In this document: positions 8,786 through 17,853 of the stretch, in pieces
How the letters are laid out: each line of letters begins with the position of its first letter
Position numbering within the stretch: position 1 is the first letter of the stretch
NCBI GenBank assembly: GCA_013287775.1
Contig: JABDDE010000001.1
Span: 7,245 to 71,244, forward strand
DNA length: 64,000 bases
From: Chlamydiota bacterium
GTDB lineage: Bacteria > Chlamydiota > Chlamydiia > Chlamydiales > FEN-1388
Direction of reading: 5' to 3'
The notes under the pieces: generated by a model
Databases searched by the model: none
What the model was told of the DNA's origin: nothing
The model's input: the letters and a program-made list of their open reading frames with translations, nothing else
Position numbers and translations under genes: made by a program

Positions 8786-9517
8786 ATGCCAGATAAAGAT
8801 CACTTTCAGGGGAAAGATCCCCTAAAACATATCGTCGAAGTACAAGCGCGTGGGGTGCTCGCCTCCTCTGAAATTCATGGGGCCGAAACTCCTGGCTCAC
8901 TCTTTGCAGCCTTTGATGCTGCCAAAGATATGGCCCTTGCTCTCTCACTATTTCATATCACTGTTGGTGGCTCTATAACTGCAGCGCTGGCCTTTTCATT
9001 TGGGTTTCTCGTATGGAAATTTGGACGCGCGAGTTATCTTGCTTGGGCAAGGCTGGAAAGGCTGCACAGAATTGTTATTGAAGAGCAGAGCGAGATTCAG
9101 ACTAATCGCTCACAAGAGCGCGAGGAGCTACGCGCCCTCTATGCAGCTAAAGGCTTTCAAGGCAAGCTCTTGGATGATGTAGTCGATGTGCTTATGGCAG
9201 ACTCTGAGCGCCTCCTGCGAGTCATGCTTCAAGAAGAGATGGGATTTCGTCTCGAAGAAAATGAACACCCGCTACAGCAGGGTTTGGGGGCAGCTTGCGG
9301 GGCTGTGTTTTCTACTATAATCATTTTGTGTCTCAGCTATTTTTGTGGGCAGATGTGTGGGTTTCTTGGCGCCATCCTCGCAGTTGCATCTGCTTCGGGC
9401 ATAAATGCATTCTATGAGAAAAATCGCATCATTTCCGCTGTTATTTGGAATATAGCGCTTTTAGCCTTTTCCTCTTTGTGTGCACACTACCTTATGCAGG
9501 TATTGACTGCAGTATGA
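8786..9517 (+). CDS. VIT1/CCC1-family (DUF125) putative Fe/Mn transporter
   Basis: The central soluble segment EREELRALYAAKGFQGKLLDDVVDVLMADSERLLRVMLQEEMG is flanked by TM helices, the usual VIT architecture. Confidence 0.6.
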   Translation: MPDKDHFQGKDPLKHIVEVQARGVLASSEIHGAETPGSLFAAFDAAKDMALALSLFHITVGGSITAALAFSFGFLVWKFGRASYLAWARLERLHRIVIEEQSEIQTNRSQEREELRALYAAKGFQGKLLDDVVDVLMADSERLLRVMLQEEMGFRLEENEHPLQQGLGAACGAVFSTIIILCLSYFCGQMCGFLGAILAVASASGINAFYEKNRIISAVIWNIALLAFSSLCAHYLMQVLTAV

Positions 9518-11526
9518 AGATTATCCCCCCTCTTGGCGCACGAAGAAAGAATCCTTTTATTTTTCGTACTTTTTTTGAAATGGGCTTTGAGGAGAGTGCC
9601 TCGCCCTTTTTAAATACTATCGCTCGCTCTATTAGCCGAAACCTCCCTCTCAAGGCATCGTGTCTTGCTGCGATATTTCTTTTTATCTCCTATCTGTGCA
9701 CATATGGCAGCGGAGGCGCTGGATTTGTCTCACACACACTGCTCGGCTCGGTCTATCTCATTGCTGGTGTGCCGCTTCTTATTGATTCTGTAGAAGATGT
9801 TGTGCTTCGAAGAGATATCAATATTGATCTCTTGATGACCCTGGCAGCCTTTTCCTCTTTTTTACTGGGCGCAGGCTATGAAGGTGGCCTTTTATTGGTG
9901 CTTTTTGCCTTTTCAGGTGCGCTAGAAGACGTTGTAACGCTAAAAGCAAAGAAGGCACTGAGCTCACTTGCACATCTGACACCCACGCGGGCATATATAT
10001 GTGACGATAGTGGCAACCTTATCGAGCGTGCTGTAGAGGATGTTACAGCGGGACAAGAGGTATTTGTGCGCGCAGGGGAGATGGTCCCTCTCGATGGTAT
10101 TGTTATTGAAGGTGCCTCCTCTATAAATATAGGACATATCACGGGCGAAAGCCGGCCTATTCGTAAAATTGTCGGGGATGAAGTGCCTGCTGGGGCGTAT
10201 GTCAATGAAGGCTCGCTCAAAATTCGAGTGACATGTAGCGCAGCGGATTCTACTATTGCAAAGATTATTGAGCTTATTACAAAGGCACAAAGCTCAAGAC
10301 CCACCCTTGAGCGATGGTTTGATCGCTTTGGAAGATACTATGCCTCTCTCATTATCCTCTTTTCTATACTCTCTGCTCTTTTCTTTGCCCATGTTTTAGA
10401 TCTTCCCTATTTTGGCAAAGAAGGGGCTTTGTATCGCTCCCTTGCATTTTTGATAACAGCCTCCCCCTGTGCGCTTATTCTTGCGGTTCCCATCGCGTAT
10501 CTGAGCGCCCTTGGTGCTTGTGCAAAGAACGGGGTGATTTTAAAGGGAGGCATCGTTTTTGATCAGCTCAATCAATGCAACATGGTGGCATTCGATAAAA
10601 CAGGAACACTTACGCGTGGCGAGCTTTCTTTTGTCTCTCTCGATCCCATTCAGGCTGCAGGCTATTCTGAAACAGATGTCTTGTGTGCTGCGCTCTCCTT
10701 GGAGAGGCATGCTGTTCATCCTATTGCCAAGGCAGTTGGGCACCTAGGGCAGATGCGTAGCCTCTCACCACTGCCTACACGCGATGTACGGGTCATTGCA
10801 GGCGTTGGCATTGAGGGGCAAGTGACTATTGCAGGCAGGGCTGTGCAAGCGTTTATTGGGGATGCATCCCAAAAACTGCAAAACGTGTCAGAAGAAATAG
10901 GAAACAAGTGGCGTGCACTTCTGCGGCAAAAGGAAGAGGCGGGCTTCACTGTGGCACTTCTTACTCTTGGCGATGCCCTCTTTTTGTTTTCCTTTGAGGA
11001 TGAACCGCGAGAGGGCACGAGTGAGCTCATCCAGAGATTACGATCGAATGGTAGAGAATCAATAATGCTTACGGGTGATAATAAATCAAGCGCTGCGCGT
11101 ATAGCTGCGCTTGTAGGGATTACTACCTACTATGCCGAGCTCAAACCCGAAGATAAGCTACAAAAGATTGAGGAGCTCTCTCACTGCTCTGGTCTTGCTA
11201 TGGTGGGTGATGGGATCAATGATGCACCGGCACTGGCGCGCAGTACGGTAGGTATTGCTATGGGCAATATTGGCAGTAAAACGACGCAGTCGGTTGCTGA
11301 CTGCATTTTGCTCCATGATACCATCGACGTGCTTGACTGGCTGTTTCAAAAAGCGGCCGCGACCAAAAAAGTGGTCATACAAAACCTGAGCCTTGCGCTC
11401 AGTGCTATAGTCTTTGCTAGTGGCTTTGCCCTCTACGGCCTTGTACCCCTTTGGCTTGCTGTTATCTTACATGAAGGGGGAACTGTGCTCGTAGGGTTAA
11501 ATGCGGTGAGACTGCTGCGAAGATAA
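9514..11526 (+). CDS. Heavy-metal P-type ATPase, P1B-4 subgroup (Co/Zn/Fe exporter type)
   Basis: Motifs ITGESRPI, SPC (TASPCALILAVP), FDKTGTLT, MLTGDN, VGDGINDAPAL and HEGGT in the last TM. No N-terminal metal-binding domain. The ATG at 9514 overlaps the upstream stop (ATGA). Confidence 0.9.
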   Translation: MKIIPPLGARRKNPFIFRTFFEMGFEESASPFLNTIARSISRNLPLKASCLAAIFLFISYLCTYGSGGAGFVSHTLLGSVYLIAGVPLLIDSVEDVVLRRDINIDLLMTLAAFSSFLLGAGYEGGLLLVLFAFSGALEDVVTLKAKKALSSLAHLTPTRAYICDDSGNLIERAVEDVTAGQEVFVRAGEMVPLDGIVIEGASSINIGHITGESRPIRKIVGDEVPAGAYVNEGSLKIRVTCSAADSTIAKIIELITKAQSSRPTLERWFDRFGRYYASLIILFSILSALFFAHVLDLPYFGKEGALYRSLAFLITASPCALILAVPIAYLSALGACAKNGVILKGGIVFDQLNQCNMVAFDKTGTLTRGELSFVSLDPIQAAGYSETDVLCAALSLERHAVHPIAKAVGHLGQMRSLSPLPTRDVRVIAGVGIEGQVTIAGRAVQAFIGDASQKLQNVSEEIGNKWRALLRQKEEAGFTVALLTLGDALFLFSFEDEPREGTSELIQRLRSNGRESIMLTGDNKSSAARIAALVGITTYYAELKPEDKLQKIEELSHCSGLAMVGDGINDAPALARSTVGIAMGNIGSKTTQSVADCILLHDTIDVLDWLFQKAAATKKVVIQNLSLALSAIVFASGFALYGLVPLWLAVILHEGGTVLVGLNAVRLLRR

Positions 11527-11529
11527 TTT

Positions 11530-12048
11530 TTATGCATTGTTAAGTGAATCGAGCACATCAGGAGAGATGCCTGTGAAATGAGACAGACAATTTTGCATAG
11601 CTTGCTGTACAACGGCGTGAATAATGGGTCTCACAATTGGGTTGGATGTAACGGTATGAACTGTGCTGACAGCGGTTTGTAAAAGAGTAGGCTGACCCGT
11701 GTAGCCAATGCGTAGTGTCTCTCCCCCTCCTGTCCCCAGTGTAATGGGTGTTCCTTGAGGTGCCGCTGTTATTGGTTGCAAGGCGCTGTCCATGGTCCTG
11801 CTTGCCTGATTGATCCATTTATTGATTTTGCTCAGGCTTGGACGCGGGATAGCGCGCTGCAATATGCTTCTTGCAATACTTTGATCGCAACTTCTTAATC
11901 CTATGAATAAGTCCTGTATTATCTTTTTTATTTTCGCTGCTTTTTCAGGATCAGAAGATGTTGCGATTCGCCGCACTTCCCGAACACACCAATTTTCTAA
12001 CGCATCTCTACTTATATCAACCGTGTAGTTTGTGCTAAAAATACCCAT
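11530..12048 (-). CDS. Hypothetical protein (orphan, effector-like polar N-terminus)
   Basis: 172 aa with an ATG start and an AT-rich upstream region. I recognise no family. Confidence 0.5.
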   Translation of the reverse strand: MGIFSTNYTVDISRDALENWCVREVRRIATSSDPEKAAKIKKIIQDLFIGLRSCDQSIARSILQRAIPRPSLSKINKWINQASRTMDSALQPITAAPQGTPITLGTGGGETLRIGYTGQPTLLQTAVSTVHTVTSNPIVRPIIHAVVQQAMQNCLSHFTGISPDVLDSLNNA

Positions 12049-12082
12049 AAATTATTAGTAAATATAAAATATAATTATTGAT

Positions 12083-12397
12083 TTACTCTCGGGGTAGGCG
12101 CGCCGCAATACTTCTTACTAACGTAGTAATCCGGTCAGACAAGGCATCTACAATCGCTGCATTAACAGTATCGCCTGATCTTGCTGCACTCCGTTTGGAG
12201 TTAATAATGTCAGCTGCGATCTTTCTTAGTGAATTATGTTCGTCATCTGTTAGTGTTGGATCGCTGCCGAGAATACTTGCATATAGACGTACGACATGTC
12301 TCTCAACAGCCTCGTTGTCCCCTGGTTGGCTTGCACGCTGGGTAAGATAGGGCTTTACATACGCGTTAGTGGTCCCCAAAATATCAGGAATACTCAT
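12083..12397 (-). CDS. Hypothetical protein (orphan, effector-like polar N-terminus)
   Basis: 104 aa with ATG preceded by GAGG. About 140 bp of almost pure A/T lies upstream (12398-12530). Confidence 0.5.
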   Translation of the reverse strand: MSIPDILGTTNAYVKPYLTQRASQPGDNEAVERHVVRLYASILGSDPTLTDDEHNSLRKIAADIINSKRSAARSGDTVNAAIVDALSDRITTLVRSIAARLPRE

Positions 12398-12540
12398 ATT
12401 AACCTCATATATTTTTATATTTTTTAATAAAATTCATATATATCTATAATTATTGTTATAGCTTATCTTTATATTAAAAATTTATTATTTATTTTTCAAT
12501 AGTTATTTTTTTGTTATTTTCTATGATGGCGGCGCAAAAT

Positions 12541-13725
12541 CCATTTGAATACGGAATTATTGATTGTTCCCCTGGTCTTCAATGTCGCTTCGCGGCATGA
12601 AGACCGGGGTATTGAATACGGAATTATTGATTGTTCCCCCAGTCTTCAATGCCGCTTCGCGGCATGAAGACTGGGGTAGTTAATCGGAATTTATTGATTG
12701 TTCCCCAGGTTTCAGATGTCGCTTACGCGAACACTGAAACCTGGGTAGTCGGGCACGGGCTCGGGCACGGGCACGGGCACGGAAATTCGGAATAATTAAT
12801 AAACCCGTTGGCCGAGCGGACGCTCACGCGCCGCTCGGCCCGGAATCAGAATAATTGATTGTTCCCTCGTTCTTCATGCCGCTCTGCGGTATGAAGAACG
12901 AGGGCATAGGTTTCGCTGCTACCGCAGCTCTATTGTATTTCATGCACCTGTAACCCCACGTTACCGCCGACCGTAGCGCGAGGCGCTACGGCCGCGCTCC
13001 ACGCGGGGCTAATGAATTCCACCGCTGCCGCGGTGGGGTCCATATCAGCTAGAAGTATGATATGTTATGCGTTTACCCTATCAACTACCCCGCCCTTCAT
13101 GCCGTGTAACGGCATAAAGGGCGGGGAATAATCAACTATTCCGATTCCGGGCCGAGCGGCGCGAAGCGTCCGCGAAGGCAACCGGAATAATCAACTATTC
13201 CGATTCCGGGCCGAGTGGCGCGTTAGCGTCCGCTCGGCCAACGGATTCATCAACTATTCCGAATTTCCGTGCCCGAGCCCGTGCCCGTGCCCGTGCCCGA
13301 ATCACCCCAGTCGAAGCGCTCGCGAAGCGGCTGCGAGACTGGGGGAACAATCAATAAATTCCGATCAACTACCCCAGTCTTCATGCCGCGAAGCGGCATT
13401 GAAGACTAGGGGAACAATCAATAAATTCCGATCAACTACCCCAGTCTTCATACCGCGGAGCGGCATGAAGACTAGGGGGAACAATCAATAATTCCGATTA
13501 CGGGCCGAGCGGCGCGTTAGCGTCCGCGAAGGCCAACGGAACAATCAATTATTCCGAATTTCCGTGCCCGAGCCCGTGCCCGTGCCCGACTACCCAGGTT
13601 TCAGTGTTCGCGTAAGCGACATCTGAAACCTGGGGAACAATCAATAAATTCCGTATTCAATACCCCGGTCTTCATGCCGCGAAGCGACATTGAAGACCAG
13701 GGGAACAATCAATAAATTCCGATAA
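12541..13725. repeat. BIME-like mosaic cluster of ~17 hairpin modules with overall inverted symmetry
   Basis: There are six forward modules (12551-12905) and ~11 reverse modules (13081-13725). Each is a conserved linker cggaat(t/a)attgattgttcccc plus a ~38-bp hairpin (types ccccggtcttcatgccgcgaagcg.., cccaggtttcagtgttcgcgtaagcg.., ggccgagcggcgcg..). (GGGCAC)n tracts are interspersed. No ORF >=60 aa is present. Confidence 0.9.
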
Positions 13726-13800
13726 AAATGTGTCCAAGTCCGTGAGAGTCATGGCCTTAGCCTGATGCATATGCCGCTGCCGCGGTGGGGTCCATATAAG
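13726..13800. repeat. Family-3 terminal module fused to the BIME-like cluster
   Basis: aaaatgtgtccaagtccgtgagagtcatggccttagcctgatgcatatgccgctgccgcggtggggtccatat matches the outer end of the foldback elements at 118-160, 32170-32223 and 37840-37883. Confidence 0.7.
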
Positions 13801-13888
13801 CTTATACACTTGCCCTAAGTTGACGCCATTGGGCTAAGGCTATGGTTGTATTAGCTATAACGTTATTGATATAATAAAGAGGAAAACG

Positions 13889-14083
13889 ATGAAGAAAAAT
13901 CAAGAAAACATCGACTACGCAGTATCATCCGGCAATGTTTTTGTTGATTTGGGACTAGATCAACCAGAAGAACTGTTAGCAAGAGCAAAACTTCTGTGTG
14001 AGGTAAGTAGGCTTATAAAAAACAGTTCTTCAATAAAAAAGAAAGGCAAAGTCTGTAAAGACTTTGCCTTGCTTATATATTGA
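13889..14083 (+). pseudogene. Truncated XRE/HigA-like antitoxin remnant
   Basis: SGNVFVDLGLDQPEELLARAKLLCEVSRLIK matches the N-terminus of HigA-type XRE antitoxins, but the HTH core is missing. The ORF tail runs through the topA terminator hairpin. Confidence 0.4.
14031..14070 (-). terminator. Intrinsic terminator of topA
   Basis: 12-bp stem aaggcaaagtct/agactttgcctt (14043-14070) followed on the minus strand by a U-run (plus-strand aaaaaa at 14035-14040). Confidence 0.7.
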
Positions 14084-14093
14084 ACGCCTACAC

Positions 14094-16658
14094 TTACCAG
14101 CCCATGCTGCTTCTTGTAGTATTGCATTTCGCAGTATTGCATTTTGCAGAGTTGCTTCGTGCAGTATTGCTTCGTGCAGTAGTTTTTGCACTTGTTTTAC
14201 GTGCTGTTGAAGATTTGCGTGCGGTAATCTTTTTTGCCGCAGGCTTTCTTGCAACTGTTTTTGCAACTGTTTTTGCAACGGTTTTCCTTGCAACCGTTTT
14301 TTTAGCCGCAGTTTTTCTTGCTGGGGCTTTTGTTGTTGTTTTCATATCCCTCCTTGGGTTTTTTTGTTTGACATTAACTTTTTTTGTATACGCTTTTTTT
14401 TCATATGCTGTTCGTTCATGTGCTGTATACTTTTGCAGTACTACTTCCACTGAATTTCCAATGACATCGCATTCAGGGAAGGTAGAACATGAATAAAATG
14501 GTTTACCAAAGCGCGAGCGCTTTTTCACAAGATGCCCTGGACAACCTATTGCTGGACATTTTGTTCCTTGCCCGCTCTCCTCTTCCGTACTTTCGCCTTT
14601 TTTAGGAATATTGACAATACCTTTGCATTCAGGATAACTCACGCAGCCTAAAAAAGCACCGAACTTGCCGAAGCGTATTTTCATCTCAGAGCTACATTTG
14701 GGGCACTTTTGCTCCCAATCGAAGTCAGCTGCGTACTCTTCTTTATTAAAGGCTTCTTTTTCAAGAGAGCTTGTGTACGAGCAGTCCGGGTAGTTGCTGC
14801 AGCCTAAAAAGTACTTCCCCTTTGCCCATATTTTTTGGAGTTTGCCGCCACACTGAGGACAAATAATATCTGTGAGGATTCTTGGCACCACAGCATTGGT
14901 TTCAGCGAGCTTGAGAGAAGGCTCAAATTCCTTCCAAAAATCATGCAAAAGCCCCTTCCATTCCTTTTTATTCTCTGCCACAAGCTCAAGGCCATCTTCC
15001 ATAGAAGCTGTAAAGCCAACGTTTACAACGTCCTTGAAGCTTATCTCGAGCATGTCAATGATAATTCTACCAAGGTCGGTGGGCTTGAGCTTGCCTTGCT
15101 CTTTGGTAGTATAGTCACGGCTTTGAATCTTGTTCATAATGGCGGCATACGTAGAAGGCCGTCCAATGCCTGATTTTTCAAGTTCTTTCACGAGAGAGGC
15201 TTCTGAAAAGCGAGGAGGTGGGCGTGTAAACGACTGATCCTGTTTAAGCTCACACAGTGTCAAGGGCTCTTTTTCTTGAAGTGGCGGCAGCATCTTCTCC
15301 CCATCTTTGTCACTTTGCTCGTCTTCATCTTGCTTTTCTTCGTAGATGGCTAAGAAGCCATTAAACTTCATGACGGAGCCTGTAGCGCGCAGCAGAAACC
15401 GTACTCCTGCTTGTATGTCACATGAGACGGTGTCATATATTGCGGCTGCCATTTGACAGGCAACAAAACGCTTCCAGATAAGTGAATAGAGCTGAAATTG
15501 TTCTTTCGAAAGATACGCTTTTATCTTTTCTGGATGATGGTGGAGATTGGTTGGCCGTATCGCTTCGTGAGCATCTTGTGCGCTCTTTTTGAGACTAAAT
15601 GTCCTGACTTCACCTGGTAGGTATTTTTCTCCAAATTCAGCCTGGACATATGCACGTACCTGTGCGACTGCTTCTGGTGCGAGGCGTACGGAGTCAGTTC
15701 TCATATAAGTGATAAGGCCCTCAGCACCTTCTGAGCCAAGATCTATCCCTTCATAGAGGCTTTGTGCAACCTGCATCGTTTTTGCTGGTGAGAAGCGAAA
15801 ATGCCTTGAGGCCTCTTGCTGCAGTGTCGAGGTGATAAAAGGAGCTTCAGGATTTCTTCGCTTTTCTTTGCGCTCAACGCGGCTGACTGTATATGAGGAG
15901 CTTTGCAGCTCTTTTACAATTTTCGTCGCACTCTCTTCATTGTTAACAAGGACGAAATCTGTGCCCTCTTGCTTACCAGGTGGAGGCTCTTTTTCTAAAC
16001 GCTTGCCATCAATAGAATAGAGAGTTGCTGTAAAGGGTTTTTCGCTTTGTTTGGACTGTAAAAGCGCGCTGATGGTCCAGTACTCTTTGGGAATAAATGC
16101 CTCAATTTCTCGCTCTCGGTCAACGACGAGTTTGAGCGCCACGGACTGAACACGCCCTGCAGAGACGCCCTTGCCTCTGCCGCGCCTGAGCCTTCTATTT
16201 AAGAGTGGCGATATACTGTAGCCCACGAGCCTATCAAGAAGTCTGCGTGCTTGCTGGGCGTTCACAAGGGCAAGGTCAATGTCATGAGGATTTTTGAGGG
16301 CCTCTTTCACCGCATCCTTGGTGATAGAATTAAAAGCCACTCGCTTTATTTGCGTATCTTTTGGCAAAATCTGGCTTATATGCCATGCTATGGCTTCTCC
16401 TTCGCGGTCAGGGTCAGGGGAGAGATACACGACATCAGAGGCCTTCGCAGCCTTTTTGAGTGCAGCTATGACATCTTTTTTGTCTGGCAGGGTTACATAT
16501 GTCGGCTCGAAATCGTGTTCGATGTCAACGCCAAATTCACTTGCTGGCAAGTCCCGAATATGTCCATAGGACGATGCAAAATGGAATCCTGGCCCAAGAA
16601 ACTGCTTGAGCGTTTTGATTTTTGCAGGAGACTCAACTATAATTAAAGATTTTCCCAT
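14094..16658 (-). CDS. topA: DNA topoisomerase I with a C-terminal Lys/Ala/Thr/Arg-rich histone-like tail
   Basis: TOPRIM LIIVESPAKIKT, GHIRDLP and active-site YMRTDS, with several C4 zinc ribbons (CPQCGG, CPKCSS, CPAIGCPG). The last ~85 aa read KTAAKKTVARKTVAKTVAKTVARKPAAKK.. Confidence 0.95.
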   Translation of the reverse strand: MGKSLIIVESPAKIKTLKQFLGPGFHFASSYGHIRDLPASEFGVDIEHDFEPTYVTLPDKKDVIAALKKAAKASDVVYLSPDPDREGEAIAWHISQILPKDTQIKRVAFNSITKDAVKEALKNPHDIDLALVNAQQARRLLDRLVGYSISPLLNRRLRRGRGKGVSAGRVQSVALKLVVDREREIEAFIPKEYWTISALLQSKQSEKPFTATLYSIDGKRLEKEPPPGKQEGTDFVLVNNEESATKIVKELQSSSYTVSRVERKEKRRNPEAPFITSTLQQEASRHFRFSPAKTMQVAQSLYEGIDLGSEGAEGLITYMRTDSVRLAPEAVAQVRAYVQAEFGEKYLPGEVRTFSLKKSAQDAHEAIRPTNLHHHPEKIKAYLSKEQFQLYSLIWKRFVACQMAAAIYDTVSCDIQAGVRFLLRATGSVMKFNGFLAIYEEKQDEDEQSDKDGEKMLPPLQEKEPLTLCELKQDQSFTRPPPRFSEASLVKELEKSGIGRPSTYAAIMNKIQSRDYTTKEQGKLKPTDLGRIIIDMLEISFKDVVNVGFTASMEDGLELVAENKKEWKGLLHDFWKEFEPSLKLAETNAVVPRILTDIICPQCGGKLQKIWAKGKYFLGCSNYPDCSYTSSLEKEAFNKEEYAADFDWEQKCPKCSSEMKIRFGKFGAFLGCVSYPECKGIVNIPKKGESTEEESGQGTKCPAIGCPGHLVKKRSRFGKPFYSCSTFPECDVIGNSVEVVLQKYTAHERTAYEKKAYTKKVNVKQKNPRRDMKTTTKAPARKTAAKKTVARKTVAKTVAKTVARKPAAKKITARKSSTARKTSAKTTARSNTARSNSAKCNTAKCNTTRSSMGW

Positions 16659-16746
16659 ATTTTTGTAGTTATCAAATTTTATTTTTTTTGTAAAACATTT
16701 TTTTCTAATTTTTTTTTTCCGCTCGTACCTTCAGGTCGCCCAGCAG

Positions 16747-16763
16747 CGAAAATAGCACATGAC
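16747..16763. repeat. PE-1 half-copy (right arm only)
   Basis: cgaaaatagcacatgac matches the right arm of the copy at 7205-7223; it lies immediately downstream of the dprA stop (16765-16767). Confidence 0.5.
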
Positions 16764-16764
16764 A

Positions 16765-17853
16765 TCAACATACAATTGTATACCGTTTCCCTGGATGTTC
16801 CAAAACGGTTTTTTTTAGCATAAGCTTTGTAAGTGTTACCTGCAGAGCAGAAACAGGAAGCGGAATCTGCTCTGAGAGCTCTTCTAGAGACATTTCTGAT
16901 TCTGAAAGAAGCGCGTAAATTTTTTTCTCCTCCTGCGTGGAAAATAGGTCTGGTACGCTCTTTTTTTGTGGAGCTGTCGGTTGTTTTGTATGTCCGAGCG
17001 CATGTAAAATTTCTTCAGGATGGTCGATGAGCTTTGCCAAACCCTGCTTTATAAGGAGATGATTGCCTTGTGTATAGGGGCTGCCTGCCTTTCCAGGAAG
17101 CGCAAAGAGGGGTTTTTTATGAGACAGGCCAAGCTGCATGGTGAGCATAGCCCCGCTTTTCTCGGGGGCCTCTGTAAGCAAAAGAGCGTCACTTAATGCT
17201 GAAAGAATACGATTTCTTTGTGGAAATGAAAAACGCGAGGGAGGCTCTTTCATAGCGCATTCACTGATAACAGCGCCGCGCTCTACAATTTTTGCTGCAA
17301 GGCCTGTGTTTTCTCGGGGATAGAGGCAGCTAATGCCAGAGCCGATGACAGCAACGGTTGTGCCCGTCAGGAGCGCCCCCGTGTGGGCAGCAGTGTCAAC
17401 GCCACGAGCAAGGCCACTTACAACAATACATTTTGAAGCTAAGGCCTTTGCAAAGTGCTGTGTGAGGTCTTTGCCTTGTAGAGTTGCTGTGCGGGTGCCA
17501 ACAATGGTAATCCATGGGATCGTAAAATCTGGTAGGCTTCCCTGTACATACAAAAGAGGCGGTGCATCATGGATAGCACGGAGCCGCTGAGGATATTGGG
17601 TGCTCGTGTATGGTATAAGCTGTATGCCCGCTCGCTCTGCCTCCATAAGATCTTGCTGCCAGGATTTTTGCTCAGTATATGTGCGAAGATACTCGAGAGA
17701 TGCTTGTTTAAGGGGTACTGGAGTTGGATGATTGTTTGATAGAGCTTGAACTACGCAAGACGCCTGCCCAAAGTGAGCAAGTAAGGCGCTGGTTGTTGCT
17801 GGGCCTAAAAAAGGTGTATGGGTAAGAATAAGGGTGGCTATAATTTCGTTCAT
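16765..17853 (-). CDS. dprA: DNA-processing protein DprA (Smf)
   Basis: GLARGVDTAAH, FPQRNRILSALS and a C-terminal winged-helix region. The alternative ATG at 17871 adds 6 aa. The dprA-topA adjacency is conserved. Confidence 0.9.
   Translation of the reverse strand: MNEIIATLILTHTPFLGPATTSALLAHFGQASCVVQALSNNHPTPVPLKQASLEYLRTYTEQKSWQQDLMEAERAGIQLIPYTSTQYPQRLRAIHDAPPLLYVQGSLPDFTIPWITIVGTRTATLQGKDLTQHFAKALASKCIVVSGLARGVDTAAHTGALLTGTTVAVIGSGISCLYPRENTGLAAKIVERGAVISECAMKEPPSRFSFPQRNRILSALSDALLLTEAPEKSGAMLTMQLGLSHKKPLFALPGKAGSPYTQGNHLLIKQGLAKLIDHPEEILHALGHTKQPTAPQKKSVPDLFSTQEEKKIYALLSESEMSLEELSEQIPLPVSALQVTLTKLMLKKTVLEHPGKRYTIVC

Noticed and set aside
12541-13725. CRISPR array: regular ~65-bp periodicity with a conserved ~22-nt segment
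   Set aside because: The intervening segments are themselves palindromic and recur between units and loci. Unit orientation flips midway, and no cas genes or leader are present. This is a mosaic repeat, not a repeat-spacer array.
12541-13725. Integron attC array
   Set aside because: There are no cassette ORFs between hairpins, no intI gene, and no R''/R' GTTRRRY core sites at the hairpin bases.
14080-14496. ORF 14080-14496(+), 138 aa and hydrophobic (LRAV/FATV repeats)
   Set aside because: It is antisense to the repeat-encoded TopA tail. TopA is unambiguous on the other strand.
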